From the NCBI GenBank assembly GCA_947259075.1, contig CAMYKQ010000057.1:135246-199245 (forward strand): 64,000 nt of DNA. Reading direction: 5' to 3'. The notes beneath the pieces are model-generated. The model was not told the DNA's origin and did not search any database. It saw only the letters and a program-made list of their open reading frames with translations. This document shows, piece after piece, positions 36,813 through 45,018 of this stretch (position 1 is the stretch's first letter; every line of letters begins with the position of its first letter). This DNA comes from an uncultured Gammaproteobacteria bacterium. GTDB taxonomy: Bacteria > Pseudomonadota > Gammaproteobacteria > DRLM01. The position numbers and the translations under genes are program-made.

Positions 36813-39800
36813 TTAACAAGCCATTGCCTGACGCGATGTCATATGCGGGCGCACGCCGTTGAGATAACGTGCCGAGATTTGTATATGCGGTTCGTACATC
36901 ATTGAGTTGTGATCTCCCGGCACTTCGACGACAGAGAAGGGCCGCGACACCACCTTGTCCCAGCCGAGCATCGGGCCGTAATCCACCGGCTCATCCTCGG
37001 CGCGCAGCAAGGTCATGGCGCCGTGATAATCACCCGATTCATAGGTCTGCAGGGCAATGCCATTCGCTAGATAGACTTCGAAATAACGGTACAAGCGCGC
37101 GGTATCGGCATCGTGCGGCAAGACTTCGATCTCGCGGGCGCGTTGCAACACGTACTCGAACATGCCTTCGCCCGCCACCGCGCGTAATTCTTCCGGCGCG
37201 ATGTTGAGTGTCTTACCATAAGGCACGGCAAGATCGCGGGCGAACCAGGACAATAAGGTGGCGTCGTCGCCATCGGAGGGGGCGTTCTCGGGAATGGGCG
37301 CGCGGGTATCGAACATCACCAGCTCCGCCACCTCTTCACCCGCCGCCTCCAATTGCCGCGCCGCCTCGAAGGCGATCAAACCACCGAAGCACCAGCCGCC
37401 CAAGTGATACGGCCCTTGCGGTTGCTGCGCGCGGATGATTTCCAAATAACACCGCGCCAGATCGGGCACGCTTACTTCCGCGAGACTCGCATCTTCGAGA
37501 CCGGGCGATTGCAGCGCGAACACCGGGCGCTGCTGATCAAGATGCCGCGTCAGCGCCAGATAGCAAAACACTGTACCGCCGATGGGATGCATTAAATACA
37601 GCGGCGGCACGGCGCCCGTGCCGCGTAATGGCACCAGCGCCGACGCGGCCTCCGCCGCGCCATTGTGTTCGCGCAGCAAGCGCGCCAAGGCCTCCACCGT
37701 ATTGTGCTGGAACAAGGTGGACACCGGCAATTCCACGCCGAAACGCTCACGGATACCCGCGACCAATTGCACCGCCAGCAAGGAATGGCCGCCCAAATCA
37801 AAAAAGTTTTGCGTGACGCCTACCGGGTGCACGCCCAAGAGTTGCTCCCACAGGGATGCGAGCTGAATTTCACCGCGGTCGCGCGGCGCGACGAAACCGG
37901 CCAATGCCGCATGCGCGCCCTCCGCCGGCGCCGGCAGCGCGCGCCGGTCGATCTTGCCATTGGGCGTGAGGGGAAACGCCGCCAAGGGCACGATGAGGCT
38001 GGGTAACATGTAAGCGGGCAAATGGCCGGCAAGGTGCGCCTTCAATGCGGCGGCGGACACCTCACCATCGACAGCCGTCACATACGCGACCAAGCGTTGA
38101 TCGCCGGGACGGTCTTCACGCACCATCACCACCGCTTGGTGCACGGTCGGGTGACGGCACAACTGCGTTTCGATCTCGCCCAACTCGATACGGAAACCCC
38201 GCAGCTTCACTTGATGATCCAAACGGCCCAGGCATTCCAGCGTGCCGTCGCGCCGCCAGCGCGCGAGATCGCCGGTTTTGTACATGCGCGCCTCGCCCGC
38301 GGCGAAGGGATCGCGGACGAATTTCTCCGCCGTCAATTCCGGGCGGTGTAAATAACCGCGGGCGACGCCGGCGCCGGCGATGCACAACTCCCCCGGCACG
38401 CCGGGCGGCACGGGTTGCAGGGCCTCATCGACGATATAGATTTGGGTATTGGCGATGGGACGGCCGATGGCGATGGCGCCCGCGCCGGACTCGACGCGCA
38501 TCACGCTCGACCATACCGTGGTCTCGGTGGGCCCGTACATATTCCACAGCGCCGCGACGCGCGGCAACAAGGCCTCCGCCACTTGGCGCGGCAGGGCTTC
38601 ACCGCCGCACAAGGCGGTGAGCCGGCTGCATCCATTCCAGCCATCGGACAGCAGCATGCGCCAAGTCGCGGGCGTGGCCTGCATCAGCGTCGCGCCGCTG
38701 CTTTCCAGCAAGGCTTGCAGGCGTTGCGCATCGCTGCTGTCTTCGCGGCTGACGATCAGCGTCATCGCCCCCACGGTGAGCGGCAATAGTAACTCCAGCA
38801 CCGCGATATCAAACGACAGCGTGGTCACCGCCAGCATCACATCGTCGCCGCGCATGCCCGGCTCACGCGCCATGCTCGCGAGAAAATTCACCACCGCGCC
38901 GTGGGGCACGGCGACGCCTTTGGGTTTACCGGTGGAACCCGAGGTGTAAATGACGTAAGCGGATGAGGTGGAACTGACGACGCGATGCGGGTTATGCCCG
39001 GGAAAAGTGGCGATCTCGGGCCAATCGTGATCGAGACTCAGCGCGCGCGCTACCGGCAAGTCCAGCTCGGCCCACACGGCTTCGTGGGTGAGCACCAGAT
39101 CGATCCCGGCGTCCTCCATCATCATGCGCAAACGGTCGCGGGGAAAGGCCGGATCCAAAGGCACATAGGCCGCGCCGGTCTTGAGCACCGCCAGCATCGC
39201 CACCAGCATATCGCCGTTGCGTGCGCTGCATATGCCGATGTGCTGGCCCGCGGCCGCGCCGCTCTCGATGAGATAATGCGCCAGCTGATTGGCGCGCTGA
39301 TTCAACACGCGGTAACTGAATACTTGCTCGCCGCCCATCACGGCGGTCTTGTCCGGTGTCGCCGCCGCCTGGGCCTCCACCAGTTGATGCACGCCGTTCA
39401 CGGCAGGCAAAGGCTGTTCCGTGCGATTCCATTGCAGCAACACCTGCTCGCGCTCCGCCGCCGTCAGCAAGGGTAAACGCGCGATACGCAGCCCCGGATT
39501 CGCCACGATACCTTTCAATAATTCCACGAACTGCCCGGCGAGCGCGCTTATCGTCTCCGGCGCGAACAGCGCCGTGTCGTATTTCCACACGCCAAAGAGT
39601 TCGCCCTCGGCCTCGCCACCCATCTCCAGCGCCACATCCACTTGCCCTTCCTGTTGCGGCAAGGGAAAAGGCGATAAGGTCATGGCACCGAAGGCCACGG
39701 CCTCCGCCGCTTTATCCGACAGGGAAAAGAAGGAGGCCAATTCTTTGAACTGCGGCAGCCGCTCCCAGGAAAATCCGGCTTGAAATAAGGGCGGACGGCT

Positions 39801-40895
39801 GAGGTCGCGCTCCGTTACCAGCTTCTCCACCAAGGAGGCGAAGGGATATTCTTGGTGACGCAGGTCTTCACCGGTGTGGTCGCGTGTCTGCAACAGCAGC
39901 TCGCGAAACGTCATCTCGCCGCTGACCGCGCCGCGCAAAACCACGGTGTTAACAAAATGGCCGACCGTGCGGCGAAAGGCCTTATCGAAGCGGCCCGCGA
40001 CCGGCGCGCCGACTAAAATGTCTTCCTGGCCGGTATAACGATGCAGCAAGACGTAATAGGCCGTAAGCATCAAGGTGAACAAAGTCACGCCTTCCGCACG
40101 CGCCAAGCTATGCAGCGCGGCGGTCAAATCCGTGTCGAAATGGAACCCAAGCGAGGCGCCGCGATAACTCTGCAGCGGCGGGCGCGGATAATCGCTGGCA
40201 AGATTCAGCACGGGCAACTCGCCAGTTAAACGCTCGCGCCAATACGCCGCCATGCGCGCGCGCGCCGCACTCGCCAGCTTCTCCTGCTGATGATGTACGA
40301 AAGCGGGGTAATCGCTGCCCAGCGGCGGCAGATTCACTGCCTTAGCCGCGGTCAAATCCTGGTAGACCTGACGAAATTCATCGAGCAACACCGCCAGCGA
40401 CCAAAAATCCACGGCGATATGATGCGCGCTCCACACCATCAAGGCGTCACCCTTGCCACGGCGGTAGAGACGCACGCGCAGCAAGGGTGCGCGGGCGAGA
40501 TCAAACGGCTTTTGCGCATCGGCGCTGGCACGTTCCCGCAGCTGCGTATCATTCCATCCAGCCGCCACGATGCTCGCGCTGTCGACCTCAACGTGCGGCA
40601 ACACCTCTTGGCGCGGCACGCCGGCGGCATCAACAAGGAAACGCGTGCGCAAAGCGGCATGCCGGTCCAGTAAATAACTCAAGGCCGCATCGAAGGCCGC
40701 CGCATCGATAGCCGAGATCACTCGCGCGGCGAACACCAGATTGTAGGCGCCATTATCCGGCGCCATTTGCTGCACGAACCACAGCCCGCGCTGTACATCC
40801 GCCAACGGAAATGTCTCCGTCGTGGCCCGTGTGTTATCACCCACCACCGGCCGGGCTGCGGTGCTATGTTTATACTGTACAACGTTGCTAGCCAT
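36813..40895 (-). CDS. single-module non-ribosomal peptide synthetase: starter C - A - T(PCP) - TE, with Cys in the TE nucleophile position
   Basis: C domain HHIAVDFWS. A domain YTSGSTGKPKGV...NMYGPTETT...GELCIAGAGVARGY...PNGKIDRRAL. PCP FFDLGGHSLLAV. TE GGWCFGG...MFDTRAP...GDHNSMM. Confidence 0.9.
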   Translation of the reverse strand: MASNVVQYKHSTAARPVVGDNTRATTETFPLADVQRGLWFVQQMAPDNGAYNLVFAARVISAIDAAAFDAALSYLLDRHAALRTRFLVDAAGVPRQEVLPHVEVDSASIVAAGWNDTQLRERASADAQKPFDLARAPLLRVRLYRRGKGDALMVWSAHHIAVDFWSLAVLLDEFRQVYQDLTAAKAVNLPPLGSDYPAFVHHQQEKLASAARARMAAYWRERLTGELPVLNLASDYPRPPLQSYRGASLGFHFDTDLTAALHSLARAEGVTLFTLMLTAYYVLLHRYTGQEDILVGAPVAGRFDKAFRRTVGHFVNTVVLRGAVSGEMTFRELLLQTRDHTGEDLRHQEYPFASLVEKLVTERDLSRPPLFQAGFSWERLPQFKELASFFSLSDKAAEAVAFGAMTLSPFPLPQQEGQVDVALEMGGEAEGELFGVWKYDTALFAPETISALAGQFVELLKGIVANPGLRIARLPLLTAAEREQVLLQWNRTEQPLPAVNGVHQLVEAQAAATPDKTAVMGGEQVFSYRVLNQRANQLAHYLIESGAAAGQHIGICSARNGDMLVAMLAVLKTGAAYVPLDPAFPRDRLRMMMEDAGIDLVLTHEAVWAELDLPVARALSLDHDWPEIATFPGHNPHRVVSSTSSAYVIYTSGSTGKPKGVAVPHGAVVNFLASMAREPGMRGDDVMLAVTTLSFDIAVLELLLPLTVGAMTLIVSREDSSDAQRLQALLESSGATLMQATPATWRMLLSDGWNGCSRLTALCGGEALPRQVAEALLPRVAALWNMYGPTETTVWSSVMRVESGAGAIAIGRPIANTQIYIVDEALQPVPPGVPGELCIAGAGVARGYLHRPELTAEKFVRDPFAAGEARMYKTGDLARWRRDGTLECLGRLDHQVKLRGFRIELGEIETQLCRHPTVHQAVVMVREDRPGDQRLVAYVTAVDGEVSAAALKAHLAGHLPAYMLPSLIVPLAAFPLTPNGKIDRRALPAPAEGAHAALAGFVAPRDRGEIQLASLWEQLLGVHPVGVTQNFFDLGGHSLLAVQLVAGIRERFGVELPVSTLFQHNTVEALARLLREHNGAAEAASALVPLRGTGAVPPLYLMHPIGGTVFCYLALTRHLDQQRPVFALQSPGLEDASLAEVSVPDLARCYLEIIRAQQPQGPYHLGGWCFGGLIAFEAARQLEAAGEEVAELVMFDTRAPIPENAPSDGDDATLLSWFARDLAVPYGKTLNIAPEELRAVAGEGMFEYVLQRAREIEVLPHDADTARLYRYFEVYLANGIALQTYESGDYHGAMTLLRAEDEPVDYGPMLGWDKVVSRPFSVVEVPGDHNSMMYEPHIQISARYLNGVRPHMTSRQAMAC

Positions 40896-40904
40896 GACAT
40901 CCCC

Positions 40905-41333
40905 CTATGGAATCAAATTGCTCAAGAGCTCGTCCATCTGTTGCGGATCGAGTCTGTCCAGATCATCGAGATCGTCCTTATCGATGACACCCTGCTTTTT
41001 GCTCTCCGTCACACGGCCCTCCAGCTTGGCCTTCACCTCGGGCATGGCATCCAACTGCTCTTCGAGAAATCCAGCGATAGCGGCCACCGTGGGGTAATCC
41101 CACAATAGAGTGGAAGGCAGGTCGACATTCAGCCAATCTTCCAAATCACCCGCGAGCGTTACCGCATCAATGGAATCCAAACCATAATGCGGCAAGGGAC
41201 GGGTCACATCTATCTCGGCGGCATCGATTCGCAAGGTCTTCGACAACATTTCCGTAAGCGTGGACTCAAGCTGTTTAGCGAGCGTCTCATTGACTTTAAT
41301 ATCCTGTATCTTTCTAACTGCATTAGCACTCAT
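40905..41333 (-). CDS. stand-alone acyl carrier protein with acidic C-terminal extension
   Basis: PP-binding motif HYGLDSIDAVTLAGDLE. Start either MSANA (41333) or MPKRR (41354). Overlaps the end of the upstream dehydrogenase gene. Confidence 0.8.
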   Translation of the reverse strand: MSANAVRKIQDIKVNETLAKQLESTLTEMLSKTLRIDAAEIDVTRPLPHYGLDSIDAVTLAGDLEDWLNVDLPSTLLWDYPTVAAIAGFLEEQLDAMPEVKAKLEGRVTESKKQGVIDKDDLDDLDRLDPQQMDELLSNLIP

Positions 41334-43233
41334 GGCGATCCTCCTTTTTGGCATTCATGGCCATACTTTCAGTCTTGGCCAAGGCGAGTGGAACAATGGA
41401 AAACAAACGGTATTCATCGAACAAATAAAACAACTGCTGCGCGACGCGCTGGTGATAGGCATCGGGCAAGTCCGGTTTTTGCGTTTGCGGCTGGGCCAGC
41501 AGACGGTCGAGCGCGAGCACCAGCCATTCCCCTCCCGCGAAGAAGGCGTCAAGCGCGTCGCGATTGTGCAACCACATCTGCAAGCAGGCGGACGCGGCAT
41601 GCAGCTGGGCATAACGCGAGGCCAAGCCAAACATCAGCGCTGATTGCGGATGCTGCCCCGCTTCCGCCGCCGCCTCTAAAGCGGAGTCGAAATCACGCAA
41701 GGCCTGCTCCAGCACACCCGCCATCTGTTTCAGGTGACTTAATACCGTCACGCCTAAAGCCTCATCGCCTTGCAATGCACGGAGGGCGTTTATAGCCGCG
41801 ACCAGGCCTTGCATCACGTCGTCGTGCCCCCGGCTAAATAAATCCAGCTTGGTGCCATCGAAGACCGGCAGGGTTTCATCGAGAGAAAACACCGTGGTCA
41901 AGCGGGTACGGCGCGCGCCGTCATCGGTGAGCTGTTCCCGGCGGCGGGTCTTCAGCAAATGCCGCAACTGCAAGCCGAGGGCATGTAGACAGACTTGCGT
42001 GCTGCCGTCGAAGAGGCTGACCACCCCGCCATCGCGCAGCATTTTCTGAAATATGCCTGACATATGACGCTCGCGGATAAAGTGACGCGCGCCCAAGACC
42101 ACCGAAAGTTGCTGAGTAGTACGCTCCAAGGTCACCGGCACGAAATATTTCACCACCACCGACCACACGCTGAATTGTTCGGTGCTGACATGCAGCCCGC
42201 GCGCGGCGGCGGTGGCCATGCAATCGCAAATCAAGATGTCGAGAAAGGCGTCGCTCAATATCCGCCGCGCATTGGGGATGTCGAACACCGTGCCGTTGTA
42301 CAAGCGGCGGTTTACCGCAAATTGCATGGTTGAACGCAGCGCGGTGTCCACCGCCGCTAGCGACAGACCGGCGCACAGGGTGCGCGTCACTTGAAAGGCG
42401 CGCAGTGCCAGCTCCAAACCCTCGCCCACTTCGCCGACGCGGCTGCTCTCCGGCACCAGACAATCATTGAAACGAATACCGCTGATATCGCAGCCGCGCA
42501 GACCGAGGGTCTTCACCCGGGGCAGATTCGAATATTGCGCGGGATCGAGGTCACGCTTCTCCAGCATGAACAGTGACAGGCTGCGGCTGTCGCGGGCATC
42601 ACTGGTCTTGGCCAGCACCGCCACGAGGCCGGAACGGGTGGCGCGGTTGATCGGCCATTTCTCCCCGCTAAGGCGGTAACCGCCCTCGGTCTTCACTGCC
42701 TTCGTATGATTAGCAACGAGGTCGGCGCCGTGCTGCTCTTCCGAATAGGCGAGGGTCGGCGCGTCCTTGGTCCAACGCAGCACTTTCGCGAGATGGCGTT
42801 TTTGCTGTTCATTACCTCCCACCCAAATCAGCGTCGACCAAATCAGCGTGCTATAGGTGATGGCGGTGGTGAGATCGCGCCGCGCCGCCACCCGCGCCAT
42901 GGATTGAAACTCTTCATATGAAGTAAAGCGCCCGCCGTAGGCCGCGGGCACGTAATAATGATTCATGCCGAAACGGTACAATTCGTCCACCGCCGCTTGC
43001 GGAAAGGCCTCCTGCTCATCCCACTGCATCACGTTGTGGAATGAGATGACGTTCGCCGGATTATTGGGGTCACCGAGAAAGCGCTCCAATTCCTCGCTGG
43101 CGCGGTATTGCAGCGGAAGCTCCCAGCTCCGCTCCTGCGCGTCCTGCGCGTCCTGCGCGTCCTGCGCGTCCTGCGCGTCCTGCGCGTCCTGCGCGTCCTG
43201 CGCGACTGTATGTTCAATGCGTGCCGTTTGCAT
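41323..43233 (-). CDS. acyl-CoA/acyl-ACP dehydrogenase family protein (636 aa) with N-terminal (DAQ)7 repeat
   Basis: ACAD fold features (YGGRFTSYEE, LAYSEEQHGADL...EKWPINRAT). N-terminal VAQDAQDAQDAQDAQDAQDAQDAQE. Confidence 0.8.
   Translation of the reverse strand: MQTARIEHTVAQDAQDAQDAQDAQDAQDAQDAQERSWELPLQYRASEELERFLGDPNNPANVISFHNVMQWDEQEAFPQAAVDELYRFGMNHYYVPAAYGGRFTSYEEFQSMARVAARRDLTTAITYSTLIWSTLIWVGGNEQQKRHLAKVLRWTKDAPTLAYSEEQHGADLVANHTKAVKTEGGYRLSGEKWPINRATRSGLVAVLAKTSDARDSRSLSLFMLEKRDLDPAQYSNLPRVKTLGLRGCDISGIRFNDCLVPESSRVGEVGEGLELALRAFQVTRTLCAGLSLAAVDTALRSTMQFAVNRRLYNGTVFDIPNARRILSDAFLDILICDCMATAAARGLHVSTEQFSVWSVVVKYFVPVTLERTTQQLSVVLGARHFIRERHMSGIFQKMLRDGGVVSLFDGSTQVCLHALGLQLRHLLKTRRREQLTDDGARRTRLTTVFSLDETLPVFDGTKLDLFSRGHDDVMQGLVAAINALRALQGDEALGVTVLSHLKQMAGVLEQALRDFDSALEAAAEAGQHPQSALMFGLASRYAQLHAASACLQMWLHNRDALDAFFAGGEWLVLALDRLLAQPQTQKPDLPDAYHQRVAQQLFYLFDEYRLFSIVPLALAKTESMAMNAKKEDRHEC
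43132..43203. repeat. 9-bp perfect tandem repeat (GTCCTGCGC x7 plus one degenerate copy) inside the dehydrogenase coding sequence
   Basis: Seen directly at 43141-43203, with CTCCTGCGC at 43132-43140. Encodes the in-frame (DAQ)n. Confidence 0.95.
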
Positions 43234-43236
43234 GAC

Positions 43237-44985
43237 TCAAGCCTCCATCAACCGCGGCAGAGCGCCGCTTTGCCACATGACCCTGCAGGCATTACGCTGC
43301 ACCTTGCCGCTGGAGGTGATGGGTATCACCCCGGCCTTCACCAGCACGATTTTCCGTAACTGCAATTGATGTTCGGCGGAGATCGCCGCGCGCGCCGCAG
43401 CCGCGGCCGCGGGCAGCTCCGCCTCATCGTGGCGCCGCTCCACTTCGTGGATCAGCACCAACTCTTCATTACCGTCATCGTCAATGGCGAAGGCGGCGCC
43501 GCGTCCCGCGCGCAGCAGCGGATGACTCAGCGCCGCGGTCAGCTCGATGTCTTGCGGATAGTGGTTGTGACCGCGAATGATGATTAACTCTTTAGAGCGG
43601 CCAGTGACGAACAACTCGCCGTCTTTCATGAAACCCAGATCGCCGCTGCGCATGAACGGTCCCGCGCCATTGGCGAGGCGCGCGCCGAAGGTCTCCGCCG
43701 ATTCGGCGGGACGATTCCAATAACCCTGCGCCACACTGGGGCCCGCGATCCACACCTCACCCACCGTGCAATCCCTGGCTTGCAGACGGCTGACGGGGTC
43801 GACGATGACGACTTGCTCGCTGGCGGAGGGCCGGCCCGAACTCACCAAGCGCCGCCCCGTCTCGGCCTGCTGCCCCGGTTGCACCGCATGCACCTCGCCC
43901 CGTTCCAGCGCGAGGCGATCGATGGTGGTCATCACCGGCGCTTGATCGGCCGCGCTGCCAGTGACGAACAAGCTCGCCTCCGCCAAGCCGTAGCAGGGAT
44001 AAAAAGCCTGACGGCGGAAACCGCAAGAAGCGAAGAATTGGGTGAAGCGTTGCAAGGTATCGGCGCGCACCGGCTCGGCGCCGTTGAAGGCCACTTGCCA
44101 CGAACTAAGGTCCAGCGTCTCGCGCTGCGCGGGGGTGATCTTGTTCAAACACAACTCATAGGCGAAGTTCGGCCCGCCGCTGATGGTGGCGCGGTATTTC
44201 GAAATCGCCTGCAACCAGCGTATGGGCCGTTGCAGCGCGGTGACCGGCGACATCAACACCACCGGAAAGCCGCCGAACAGCGGCACCAGCACACCGCCGA
44301 TCAAACCCATATCGTGATACGGTGGCAGCCAGATCACGCCGCGCGATTCGCCGTTGGCGCCGAAGCGGCGGTAGATCAGCGCGAGATTGTGCATGAGATT
44401 ACCGTGAGTCAGCATTACCCCGCGCGGCGCGGCGGTGGAACCGGAGGTGTATTGCAAAAAAGCCAAACTGCCGGACTGACTGCCGGGGTCTTGCCAAGCC
44501 GCGGCGCGCTCCAGCGGGATTTCATCGGTGGCGATCCACGGGGTTTGTTCGCCGCCGGGCAAGCGCCGCATCTCGTCGTCGAGATTAGCGAGCACGGCGC
44601 GGCTGGTGAGCATCACCGCGGCGCGGGCATCCGCGCTGACTTTATGCACGCGCTCCAAGGAGGCGTTGCGGCGCGGCGCGAACACCGGCACCGCGATCAT
44701 GCCCGCGTACAAACAAGCGAAGAAGGCGGCGATGAATTCCATGCCCGGCTGATACAACAGCACCGCGCGTTCGCCGCCGAGATTTAGCGCCTGCAACTCC
44801 GCGGCGATGGCGCGGACCCGTTCATCCAATTCACCGTAGCTGATGTGTAACTCGGCACCATCACCCTCGCGTAAAAAGGTATAGGCGCGCTGCGCGGGCA
44901 TGAGCCGCGCGCGCTCGCGCAACAAGTCCACCAAGGTGGCGGCCTGCGCCGCGGGGTGGCTGATGATGCGATTGAGATTGTCCAT
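43237..44985 (-). CDS. fatty acyl-AMP ligase (FAAL, FadD32/MbtM-like)
   Basis: LQYTSGSTAAPRGVMLTHGNLMHNL. FAAL-type N-terminus. Stop abuts the ACAD start. Confidence 0.85.
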   Translation of the reverse strand: MDNLNRIISHPAAQAATLVDLLRERARLMPAQRAYTFLREGDGAELHISYGELDERVRAIAAELQALNLGGERAVLLYQPGMEFIAAFFACLYAGMIAVPVFAPRRNASLERVHKVSADARAAVMLTSRAVLANLDDEMRRLPGGEQTPWIATDEIPLERAAAWQDPGSQSGSLAFLQYTSGSTAAPRGVMLTHGNLMHNLALIYRRFGANGESRGVIWLPPYHDMGLIGGVLVPLFGGFPVVLMSPVTALQRPIRWLQAISKYRATISGGPNFAYELCLNKITPAQRETLDLSSWQVAFNGAEPVRADTLQRFTQFFASCGFRRQAFYPCYGLAEASLFVTGSAADQAPVMTTIDRLALERGEVHAVQPGQQAETGRRLVSSGRPSASEQVVIVDPVSRLQARDCTVGEVWIAGPSVAQGYWNRPAESAETFGARLANGAGPFMRSGDLGFMKDGELFVTGRSKELIIIRGHNHYPQDIELTAALSHPLLRAGRGAAFAIDDDGNEELVLIHEVERRHDEAELPAAAAAARAAISAEHQLQLRKIVLVKAGVIPITSSGKVQRNACRVMWQSGALPRLMEA

Positions 44986-45018
44986 GAGTGCGTGTCCTTT
45001 CCGTTTGTATGAATGCGA

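Noticed and set aside
43132-43203. Tandem repeat considered as a CRISPR or REP element
   Set aside because: The 9-bp unit has no spacers and is in-frame within a CDS. It is a coding minisatellite, not CRISPR.
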